Below, in pieces: positions 24,147 through 35,650 of a stretch of 64,000 bases of DNA (within the stretch, counting starts at the first letter, position 1; every line of letters starts with the position of its first letter). The notes under the pieces were generated by a model. It saw only the letters and a list, made by a program, of their open reading frames with translations, made no database searches and was not told the DNA's origin. Source of the stretch: Takakia lepidozioides (Eukaryota > Plantae > Bryophyta); NCBI GenBank assembly GCA_030704615.1, contig CM060734.1, forward strand, positions 6,076,001 through 6,140,000, in the 5' to 3' direction. Position numbers and translations under genes: made by a program.

Positions 24147-25546
24147 ACTAGGGGCCAAAACCAAGACCAATATGAAGGATAGAAAGACTGAAGAAAACAT
24201 CAGCGGAGGAAAGTGTAAAGGGAGGACCTGTATAAAATTCTCTTCATTGTCGGCTCTGCACCGTGCACAGCTGGCATGTTCCAAGGAGGATGATGTATCA
24301 GAATGGCTAGTTGAGTTTAGTAACTTGGATTGGTGACCTTCACCCTCAGATGGCTGGTATGATGGTTTCACTCTTGCCAATGTATCTGCTGACACATCCA
24401 TATTTGCTTTTTCTTACTTTCATGGCGGCTATGTTACTTGGATGTCAGAGAGCAGCCAAGGACAGCAGCCAAGGAACTAATTTTAATTCTTGCACACAAA
24501 AAAGAATTGAAGGACAGATAGATCATTAATTGCAGTCTTTGGTTCGTTCATAAAGCCAGCAGTCCTAAATCGATAAGGAAAACTAAATGACCCTGCAACT
24601 ACTGAGCAAAATGTTGTCATTAAAACCCCTTAACCTCACTAAGCCAATTGTCCCAGACCCTAGGCTAAATGACCCTGGGTCCAACATGTAGTAGCCTTAG
24701 GCCATATGAGCTGGCACATGTGGTGGAGATACATGTATTTAGTATAATTATACGTACTTTTGGAGATGTATGTATGTATGTGGACTTAGTGTTAGATGCT
24801 AAGCCCATACATTGCATCCCATGATATAAAGCATTTTGGCTTGGGGATAAAAGAATCTTTTTCTAGTGCTATGTTAGAATATTATATGGTTTTGGAATCT
24901 TTCCCTAGGATGGGAATCTTTTCCAGTATAGCTCTTTTGGTATTCCGTAGCTGGTGCGCTTTTGCTGGTAACCTTGCCAGTGGAAAGTCAACATTTACAT
25001 CCTCTCTAGTGGCATACATGCACATGCCTTACATGCACTACATGATAAGATGATGTTGCATATATATGTATGTGTGGATAATGTATATAGAGATGGTCCA
25101 TGTTATGATAAGTCCATATCCTCTTATGGCATCATCCCGATCACTGATGAGATGATGGTATTGGTGTAGCATATATTTTAGTTCTTCTAAACTTGCTATT
25201 TATCAATTTGTTGCATTTGCTCTGACTCATGTCACCTTCATTAAAAACTTTTGAGAAATGGAGGTTTTTTTTTAAAAGGAGCAAAGTCGCTGTAAGTAAT
25301 ATCCATATTTTCACAAATAATTAAATTTTCCTCCTGAAGATATTAGTATATGTATATATAACAAAATAATGGATGGTATCATGCTTATTATTTATTGACA
25401 GACCCATAGCTAGTATTGTAGAAAGGTCCATAAGAAATGTGCTTTAAGGACTGACTATTTTTCTAGTAAATCAACAATATTTATGTTTACATTGTTTTGA
25501 GCTGCTGAAAACATTGCTTTGAGTGAATACATGAACTAGATATTAA

Positions 25547-26387
25547 CCCTTAACTTCCTACAGATAGAGTTTTTTTGCCCTTAAAATTTCCTACCCTTGG
25601 ACAGTATAACCAAGCTACCCACCATAGTCCATCCAATAATATGAACCTTATAAATCAGTTGTTATCTACCACATACATCCATATACCAAATTTCAAAGAA
25701 TTCCACCACGAGAATTTTAAGATTATAGTGCTTTGGTGGGGGGTGTTTTTTTGGGGGAAATTTGATATACCTGCAATGTCATGTTTGACCAACAAATGGC
25801 ACTATGGGGTTGATTTTTGCTGGGCCCGCCGCACCCATGGCCATATCCTATTCCAAGGTATGCAAGCATGCATAAAATTTCATGCCAAATTGCCAAAGGA
25901 TGTCACATGCTCCTTTGTATGTGTTCTTTGAGGGGTTCAGATATGGGCCGGAGCATGGAGTTTCTAACATTGTGAGAAAGTGTGCAAAAATCCAAGATTT
26001 TTTTTCTATCTGAGTTGAGAGAATGAGCTCCCATGATCCTCATCATAATGTCAAATCTTTTTGGAAATCCAATGGTGAATTTTCCAAAATTTGAGGCCTA
26101 AGTGGGGCAAGTGTTTTGAAATTGGCTGTTGCATGCACCTATTGGAGGTTGTCACGCAGGTGGTCAACCGTGCCTGACCCCTCTCCTTACCTAACCCAAG
26201 CATTTTTGCAAAATTCTACAGATGGGGATTTTACTCCAAATGCTTTCAATTCAATTTGTAGGTGGGGACCATGTTGTCAGCAAATTTATTGCTTCAGCAA
26301 TCATTTAATTTCAATGAAATCTCAGCAAGATATCCCTATTTTTCTTACAGGTCGCGACCCAAATCGGGTCGTGTAGAAAGTTAAGGG
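25547..26387. mobile_element. piggyBac-like non-autonomous element, 841 bp, TTAA TSD
   Basis: TTAA|CCCTTAACTTCCTACA at the left and TGTAGAAAGTTAAGGG|TTAA at the right (15/16 TIR match). A subterminal hairpin reads CGACCC-AAATC-GGGTCG. Confidence 0.8.
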
Positions 26388-26732
26388 TTAACACGGGTTT
26401 ATTAGGTGTATTAGTATTGAAGGGCAATTATATTTGTACAAGGGTGGATTGGGAATCTAGGACAAGTTTGTGTGAGGAGAAAGGTACATGAATAATACAA
26501 CCAGTATATATATATATAAGGAAAGGGATCAACCATTCACTGAAAAGATTGTTAGTCCTAAAAAGACCTCTCTTATTGTCATTTCACAATACCATGGGCC
26601 TTTCAAGTACTTCAATAGTGTATATATGAACATTTTTTAAATACCAAAATAACCTAAAAAATATTTTTGGTAGGCTTAATTTTCTTTTTTAAAAGATATT
26701 TACAAGAAAGATTGTTAGTCCTTAAAGGACAC

Positions 26733-27157
26733 TAGGGTAGCCTGTGCCGTTGGCCCAAGTGTCCAAGTGTAAGATCTTCTATGTATCCGAGTGCGTCTCC
26801 TATGTTGAGGCCCAAGTGCGACCTCTAGGGTAGCATGTGCCTTTGGCCCATGTATGAAGAGTTGAAATCTAAGACCAAGTGCAATTTCCTATGTATCCCG
26901 ATGCGTCTCCTATGTCGAGGCTCAAGTGCGACCTCTAGTGTAGCCTATGCCGTTGGCCCATGTGTGACGAATTGAATTCTAAGTCTATGTGCAATTTCCT
27001 TCTTATCCAAGTGCGTCTTTTATGTCGAGGCCCATCTAAGCTTCTATTTATGTATCCAAGTGCATCTCCCATATAGAGGCCCAAGTGTCCAGTGTCATGT
27101 AATTGCCCAAGTGCAATCTCCTATGTATCCAAGTACGTCTCCCATGTCAAGGCCCAA
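26733..27157. repeat. Degenerate short-unit tandem repeats
   Basis: Recurring CCAAGTGCG..CTCCTATGT(A/C) and GAGGCCCAAGTG motifs. Confidence 0.7.
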
Positions 27158-27519
27158 TTTATTTTTTTACATTAATTTATTGAGTAATAATATATCCATT
27201 CATTATTGATATATCTCCCGTCGAGGCTCCCGGGAAAGCCCACTTTGCTATTTTTCACGAATTTCCAGCGACCAATAGTACTCCCACACCTCAGGTCCGA
27301 AAATCATGAGATCAAGCCGGTGCACCCCTCCTTGTCGAGGTCATGGTCGGAGGTCCAGTGACGTAGTACATTTTCGCAGGACACCTCTCCATGCATGTTG
27401 GTGGATGCTTGCAGATTGCACACTGAAATGTGTTGTTGGGCAGAATGTATGTGATTGCGGGTTTCTGCCACTCAATGATATTGTTTCTGGGTCAATTTTG
27501 TTGTGTGTATTCAACCCTC

Positions 27520-30500
27520 ACACCTGTGCATCCTTGCAAAAAATTGGACCAAAGAAAAATGGAAAAAATAAAAATAAAAATTGTTCATTCTACACATTTC
27601 TAGAACTCTCTATGAAGAGTGATAGAAGTTGAAGACAAATCCACTTTGGAATGCAAATGGGTTGCGAAAATCGTGGTTTTGGGTCCAAATGACTTTTGAT
27701 CGCTCCCAAATTTTGCACGCATATTGCACATGGTGTCCCTACGTTAGAATGGAGCAAAACAAAAATCATGAGTAGGCGAAACGCAGTCAAACAGGTCCCG
27801 CAGTCATACGAGATGAAAGGAAATCCATTCGATGGGGCAACGGATGGTTGCCCATGCAAATGATTTTTGTTTGCTTTCAAACTTTGCCAGTATATTTGGT
27901 ACCCCGTCTCGCACGTCGCGGATGAGTACGACATCAATTGAAATTCGTTCAATGGCCCAACGGACGGTTGCCCATCCAGAAGAGTTGAGTTTTCTTTTAA
28001 AATTTGCCAGTATGTTCAACATACCATAACATGGGTCCCAGTGTAATATGAGATGAAACGAAATTCGTTCAATGGGCCAACATATGGATTCCCATACAAA
28101 TGATTTTCGTTCACTTTGAAACTTCCGCAGCGTCTTCAGTATACCGTCTCACATATCCCTGAGTAATATGAGATGAAACGAAATTCGTTCAATGGGCCAA
28201 TGGTGCATTTACCTATCATGGAGATAGAGAGTTCTGCAATAGTGAGCGAAGACAACATTTTGTTTTTTTCATTTTTGTTTGAGTGCATGAAGTTGACGAC
28301 AAATCCACTTTAGACTGCAAATGAGGCACGAAATCGTGGTTTAGTATCCAAATGACTTTTGATTCTTCCCAAAGTTTGCATGCACATTACATATGTTGTC
28401 GTTAAGCCAGTGGTTCAAGAATAGAGCAAAAAACAAATCATGAGCAGGCGAAACGCAACCCAACAGGTCCAGGAGTCATACGAGATGAAACGAAATTCAT
28501 TCGATTGGACAACGGATGGTTGGCCATCTGAATGATTTTTATTTCTTTTCAAACTTCGCTAGTATGTTTGGTACGCCGTCTCACAGGTCTTGTACGAGTA
28601 TGATATCAATCGAAATTCGTTCAATGGCCCAACGGACGGTTGCCCATCCAGATGAGTTTGGTTTGCTTTCAAACTTTGCCAATATGTTCAACATACCATA
28701 AGACGAGTCCCAGTGTAATATGAGATGAAACAAAATTTGTTTGATGGGCCAACGGATGGATGCCCATCCAAATGATTTTCGTTCGCTTCGAAACTTCCGC
28801 AACGTCTTTAGTATACCGTCTCACAGGTCCCTGAGTAATATAAGATAAAACGAAATTCGTTCAATGGGCTGACGGCTGAACAGATGGTTGCCCAACCAAA
28901 TGATTTTGGTTTGCTTTCAGACTTTGCCAGTGTGCTCAATGTACCATCTAAGAGGTCCCAAAGTAATATGAGATGAAACGAAATTCGTCCAATGGGCATA
29001 CGGAGGGTTGTCCATCCAAATGATTTTCGCTCGTTTCGAGACTTGGCCAGTATGTCCAATGTACCATATGACAGGTCCCAGAGTAATGTGAGATCAATCG
29101 AAATTTGTTCAATGGGCCAAGGCGTCCACGTGTCATCCAATTTTGTTCATTGCGATAAAGAAATCCTGTCATGGGTGAACGGGCAATGCACCCATTGAAC
29201 AGATGAGGTTGAGGCTCATCTTTTGTTCGCATATGCTTGAATATGTGTACAACACATGTGCGGAGAAACAAGAAAAGCAACAAACATTTGTCTCCCCAAC
29301 CATGCCCTCGCCCTTCCACCAATTTGCAATTAAATTGAGTTTAAATAAATTTCAAGTAAATAAATAGGTTTACATTGTCTTTGATTGGGGTTTTCTGCTA
29401 CATTACAATTTTATTTTTTGCCCAATCTTGTACTTTGGCTTCAACCCTCCCACCGCTACATCCCTGCAAAAATTTGGACCAAACAAACTATTGCAGAACT
29501 CTCTATAAAGAGTGCATGAAGTAGAAGACAAATCAAGTTTGGAGTGCAAAATAGAGAAGAAATTGTGGTTTTGGGTCTTAATGACTTTTGTTCGCTATGA
29601 AATTTGGCAGGCACGTTGCATATGCCGTCATTAGACATATGGCTAAAAAACGAAATGACAAAGCACCCAAAACGCCGTCCAACAGGTCTTAGAATAATAG
29701 CACATCAAACGGAATTCATCCAACGGTTGAACGGATGGTTGCCCATCCAAATCATTTTTGTTTGTTTTCAAACTTTGCCAGTATGTTTGGTATATCCTCT
29801 CACAGGTCTCGGACTAATATGAGATCAATCCAAAATTCATTTGATGGCTGAACGGATGGTTGCCCATCCAAACGATTTTGGTTCGCTTTCAGACTTTGCC
29901 AGTGTGCTCAATGTACCATCTAAAAGGTCCCAGAGTAATATGAGATGAAACAAAATTCGTCCAATGGGCCAACAGATGGTTGTTTATCCAAATGATTTCG
30001 TTCGCTTCGAGACTTGGCCAGTATGTCCAATGTACCATCTGACAAGTCCCAGAGTAATATGAGATCAATCGAAATTCGTTCAATGGGCCAATGAGGCGTT
30101 CACGTGTGGGTGAACGGCCAATACACCCATTGAACAGATGAGGTTGAGGCCCATCTTTTGCCCGCATGTGCTTGAATATGTGTGCAACACATGTGCGGAG
30201 AAACAAGAAAAGCAACAAACATTTGCCTCCCCAACCACGCCCTCGCCCTTCCACCTACTACGTAACGGTTTTATATTTTGCTCAATCTTGTTCTCTGGCT
30301 TCAACCTTCCCACCGCTACATCCCTACAAAATTTTGGACCAAACAAAAATGGATTGTTTAAAAAGTGTTCACTTTGTTCACTATTGCAGAACTCTCTATG
30401 AAGAGTGCATGAAGTAGAAGACAAATCAAATTTGGAGTGCAAATTAGGGAAGAAACTGTGGTTTTGGGTCCTAAGGACTTTTGTTCGCTATTAAATTTGG

Positions 30501-30715
30501 CAGGCACGTTGCATATGCCGTCATTAGACATATGGCTAAAAAATGGAATGAAAAAAAAATCATGTGCACCCGAAACGCCGTCCAACAGGTCCCAGAATAA
30601 TAGCACATCAAACGGAATTCATCCAACGGTTGAACGGATGGTTGCCCATCCAAATCATTTTTTGTTTGTTTTCAAACTTTGCCAGTACGTTTAGTACACC
30701 CTCTCACAGGTCCTG
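27520..30715. repeat. ~120-bp satellite with ~1-kb higher-order units (inverted relative to 59065-62712)
   Basis: Repeated GAGATGAAACGAAATTCGTTCAATGGGCCAACGGATGGTTGCCCATCCAAATGATTTT. Its reverse complement matches 61250-62712. Confidence 0.9.
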
Positions 30716-30844
30716 AAATTTGCAGGTGCCGTACATGTGTATTAACAAAATTGGTGCATATACAAAATTGGTGGAGTGCTATCAGTGTGTTCTAGAATTT
30801 CAAGGTACAACAAAAATCCACATTGTCTATGTACTACGTTGCTA

Positions 30845-31822
30845 CTCATTCGAATCCTCGTCGTCACTGTCCGGGGACAAGGGATGTGATGTTGTGGCCT
30901 AATTTGCACTGGCAATACGGAGAGCCTGGGACCGTGATCTCGTGGTCAATGAGGGGCCCAATGACATGTGATCAATTCTGACCAGCATCCGCTTACTTTG
31001 CGACGAAGGTTGAATTTATTGCAGAATCTCACGACGTGGCGAGGGTCAAATACGTCTGTAATTCCGGCAATGATGCGGTCAATACTGCGATCTGACATTG
31101 TAAATTCCGCGGACATGTCAACGTCGTTCGTTCGAACGTCATTATGGACAGTGCCTTCATTGTTTTGAGGCGCGTTTTGTAATGTACCCTACAACTCGGC
31201 TATGCGTAGTCTTTGTCATTCCACAAGGTCTTGCAGGGTTCGGACTCGCTATTTTGTTTCCACCAGTTCATCCTCTAACGTTCCAGATATTGTTGTATCG
31301 GTGCCTCGGGCACGCCCAGTATCATAGCCTGGGGTGTTCCAAACGTGTCCGGGATGTCGACGAAATGATATTGCATCGTTGCGTTCCTCCTACTAGCTAT
31401 TTGCCAATTTACTGGACGCAACAGTATCACCTCCACGTACAACATGACTGCCAAGGTGTACGAGATTTAGCCCTTTAAGAGTGGTTCACCCCACACGTGC
31501 AATGCACCTCAGTCGCCCTATGCTGGAAATACAAGTTCATGCAAGACATGGAGTCCGCGCAATTGTTTCTGGTTTGCACCACATGCCACAATCTAGGCCA
31601 CAATCGATTGATGTGACACCATTTCACGAATTTTTTGCATCTCGTGCTCGGCCACCTGAACTCTTCCGGAAAATCCTCCCATCCCTCTTCTGCTAGTATG
31701 TTAGGGTCATCATATACTTCCCAATTCAAGTCATGCCTTGACCATTTGATTTTTTTAGGGGGCAGTCCATGTTCATAGGGGTCATCTCTTCCATGACGCT
31801 CATCGTCCCGGCCCTCTGCCAT
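30845..31822 (-). pseudogene. Unclassified TE family ORF A (copy X)
   Basis: HDLNWEVYD..CKKFVKWCHINRLWPR..TRNNC and YTLAVMLYVEVILLRPVNW are paralogous to 46048-46499. Confidence 0.7.
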
Positions 31823-32266
31823 TTTGTAACAATCGGAGCAATCCTAAATGACGTTTACTAATACGTAACGAAAAGTTAAACACTACTGAAGCAAACGTGG
31901 AAATGGTTAAGAATTAAGGAACTGCGATCTCGATCAAAAAATTACAATTGACCCTAAACCCTTAACACGAAACGGGTTTGAATAAGTGTCATAATAGTTA
32001 TTAAAAGCTAATTTTGTAGAATGAAATGTTCCCGAAAGCTAGAGGAGGGGCTATAGGAGCATTCTGCAACAACTTCACAGAAATCGCGACAAAAAAATCC
32101 CCCCCAGCCAATGGCCTCCTTCTCCACGTGACTACGTGTCGTGAAATAGTTACATGCTACGCACACATATGTTAAGGAGAGGAAGTGAGGGGAGAATGAG
32201 CCTCCCTTGGCTTATCCCCCCCCCCCTCTCATTCATCGGTCCACGCATAAGGCACACCTTCTAGAA

Positions 32267-33960
32267 GCGACCACCACCATGGCGGTCGCTACATTTAAAA
32301 AAAACAACAAAAAAACGACCGCCATTACGCTCGCTCTATTTAAAAAATCAAACAATGAAAGCGACCGCCAGTAACGACGGTCGCTCTATTGAAAATAAAA
32401 ATAAAAATAAAAAACGACCGTCATTATTGGCAGTCGCAACATTTTCAAAAATTAAAAATATACAAGCGACCACCAGTAATGGCGGTCGCTCTGTTTTAAG
32501 AAAATGAAAAATAAAAGCGAGCGCCATAACTGGCGAACGCAACATTTTCAGAAATTAAAAATATACAAGCGACCGCCAGTAATGGCCGCGCTCTATTTAA
32601 AAAAATAAAAAACAAAAGCGACCGTCAATAATGGCGGTTGCTCTATTTGATTTTTTTTTATAAAAATGCAACCGCCATTACTGGCCGTCGCTGCATTTTC
32701 AGAAATTAAAAATATACAAGCGACCGCCAGTAATGGCGGTCAGTCTATTTTTTTAATTTTTAAAAGTGATCACCAATAATGGCGGTTGCTCTATTTTAAA
32801 AAATAAAAAATAAAAGCGATCGTCATTACTGGCGGTCGCTGCATTTTCAGAAATTAAAAATATACAAGCGACCGCCAGTAATGGCGGTCGCTCTATTTAA
32901 AAAAAAACAAAAACAAAAGTGACCGCCAACAATGGTGGTCGCTCTATTTAAAAATGTCGCTGCATTTTCTGAAATTAAAAATATTAAAAATAAAGCGACT
33001 GCCATATTATGGTAGTCGCTGTTTTTTATTTTTATTTTTATTTTTATAAATGTATAAATAAATATTTTTGAATTAAAGCGACCACTATATTAATGGCGGT
33101 CGCTGGTTTTTGTAAAATATATTTTAAAAATAAAACGACCGCCATATTTATGGTGGTCGCTGGTTTTTTTTATATATTTGTAAAATAAAGCGACCGCCAT
33201 ATTATGGCGGTCGCTTGCTTTTTATATATTATTGAAAACAAGCGACTGCCAATTCTTATTATTCACTTCTATCATGGCTCAAGAGAAAGGAAGGCAAGCC
33301 AAACACGTGAGCAACAACCTATACCACTCAAAAAAAGAAGAAAAAATGGATTAAAATTAGGACCGCTTAATCATCAAACAAAATCAGACCTTCCAACAAT
33401 CTGCAAAACCCCCTATACATGCAACCAATGCCTGCATTGCATAGCAGATATCAAAACATCTCACGAATTTGAAGTTAGATAAAAAAAGCTTTGAAAGCCT
33501 TGTCTTCTTTCTTCTAAGGGTGCCTTTGCACTCACCCAGCAGCTTGACAGGCCCTCCATTTCCGGTTCTTGAGGAAAGTTGCTTCTCACCCTCAAACTCT
33601 GCTCCATGGACAAAAAAATAATGAAAAATTAGAGGCAAAAGGAGGTAGACCGATTTGTTTAGGTCAACACACAAAAATGACCTACTGGTAGCATCAAAGG
33701 TCATTGTTTTTTATATATTTTCAAAATCATGCAACCGCCAATACGGAGGTCGCTATTTTTTTTTTTATAAATTAGACGATCGCCAATGCGACCGCCAATT
33801 TTGATTTTTTTATAAAAAAAAATTAAGCAAACGCCATGTTGGCGATCGCTCTTATTTCTAAAATCCCGAAATATAAAGCGACTGCTAGAATTGGCGGTCG
33901 CTTTCATTTTATTATTTTCCAAAATGTATTTGCCACCGCCACCGTGTCGGCGACGTGGCT
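32267..33960. repeat. Palindrome array GCGACCGCCA-N4-TGGCGGTCGC separated by A/T tracts, ~50-52-bp period
   Basis: About 18 copies over 32267-33215, a foreign insert at ~33252-33703, then about 5 more copies to 33960. Confidence 0.92.
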
Positions 33961-34597
33961 GCTTAAGTGGCAATATTTTACCTGATCCTTTTTTTACTAG
34001 AATATTCCCGGAACCTGACGTGATGGAGGTCCCGTCAGCGTCAGGTCTGACGTGACCTGACGCTGACTGACGGACGTGACGTTGATAACCGGACATTTGT
34101 CCACCCAGATTTTATAGCAGTCGCAGTGAGAGTGAGAGTGAGGCAGCACTAATCATCAAATTGATCACCAACGGGCAGTTGGACGTGGCGCCCACCATAC
34201 ACGACATCACTTGGATTGAAGGACGTCCTTTAGCGGCTTCCAAAGGCGTCATTGCGGATCCAGAACGACCGCCGCCATTTTACTTTGCATGGGAAATTCC
34301 CACAAGTTTCCTTCCTCTCATTCCATTGAAGTTAGTGCATGCTATTTCCTCGGTTAGCATCTCTCCTTGTACCTCAGTACCAGAGTCACTAGTGGAAATA
34401 GACGAGGAACAGGCAGCAACAGTCTAGGTAACCTGCCTTCGAAGATCGGTAGAGATCTTGCAACTGCAAAATATGCTTTCATTTTTTCATGTCTGCCAAT
34501 CGGCCCAAGCAATGTAATGCTTTGAAATTTACCAGTGTCATCCACCTCGTGTCCTGCAGTGATCAAAATCTTTTCTACATGAACTTCTAAGGTGGGT

Positions 34598-35152
34598 ATG
34601 ATTTTTGAAGCTAGGGTCAAAAGGATTCGCAGCAAATTTTGGCAACATGAGCCAGAGATTCGACTTATCATAGAAGCTTACATCGAGCGATTAGCTGAAC
34701 GGAAATCCATCAAGAAGGGGTGGATTAACGAAAGGGTTTGGTGTGAGCGACTCTCGGAAGCAAATGCACCGGAGCATTTCTACTGGTGTAAGGACAGGCT
34801 CAACTGGCCGTATTGTTCATGCCTTGGAATTTATCTAGGAGCATTGTACCCCAGATCTTCTTTTGTGGCACATCTACGGTGGCAGGTAGACTTCTTCACT
34901 CATTGCCACGTATGTCAGCTCCTGGCATCCCATTATGTGCGCAGGTTGGATGAGTGTAGATATTGCAACGTGCCCCGACCACCTGAAGATTGGGTAATTC
35001 ACGGGAAGTTGCACACTAACATGCTTCCATCGCCAAGGTTCCATGGAAGGTATTTAAATCTGACCTCGTTTATTCTTGACATGGTTGTTCAAGGTAATAT
35101 AGGTCCTTTAGTACAGGCTGAGGTAGGAGAATCCTCATCAGCACAGCAGTGA
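34598..35152 (+). CDS. Unknown ORF immediately upstream of gag (CxxC motifs)
   Basis: Open frame of about 185 codons with HCHVC and CRYC motifs. Its stop lies 4 nt before the gag ATG. Confidence 0.4.
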   Translation: MIFEARVKRIRSKFWQHEPEIRLIIEAYIERLAERKSIKKGWINERVWCERLSEANAPEHFYWCKDRLNWPYCSCLGIYLGALYPRSSFVAHLRWQVDFFTHCHVCQLLASHYVRRLDECRYCNVPRPPEDWVIHGKLHTNMLPSPRFHGRYLNLTSFILDMVVQGNIGPLVQAEVGESSSAQQ

Positions 35153-35156
35153 GTGT

Positions 35157-35650
35157 ATGTCTAGCTCAGGATCAAGAGCCACACTCCCAAGCTTGGATAG
35201 CATATCCTTTGATACTAGGTTGCAAAGGAGACTAGCTCGAGAAGCCGTCAGAGATCAACTGCAAGGGAAATGCCCAGCATTGAGTCCACAATCAGACTCA
35301 GAAACTAGAAGTTTGGGTAGGATAGAGTGGGAAGGAGAGAACACTGACAGCTCTTCAGAGATCGAGTGTTCACGAATGGTTTCCCCTGTATCTAGTCCCC
35401 CTTATACACCACCGGCCAGGTCGAGGAGCCCTTCGCCGTCGTTAGTGTCAGTTATGGCACATGTTCCAGGACCTCCTGAGGTACCTATTGTGGTCCCAGC
35501 AGGCCTGCCCCCGTTAACGTTACCCAGGCATTTGCCTTGGTTTTCCGGGGAAGCACATGAAAACCCAGTGTATCACGTGAAAAGCTTTATTCAGTGTTGC
35601 TATTCTAACCAAGCGTTAAATGATGCCTATTGGTTGATATGGTTTCCTTG
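35157..35650 (+). pseudogene. Ty3/gypsy (non-chromovirus) gag N-terminus, truncated by a LINE
   Basis: LPWFSGEAHENPVYHVKSFIQCC..YWLIWFP fits the gag LPxFxG...P..H...F...C motif. Confidence 0.65.

Noticed and set aside
25143-25190. Hammerhead ribozyme core CTGATGAG
   Set aside because: No stem II or GAAA partner is in range.
34186-34196. tRNA-Lys-type PBS TGGCGCCCACC
   Set aside because: It is not preceded by an LTR-terminal CA and the match ends after 11 nt.
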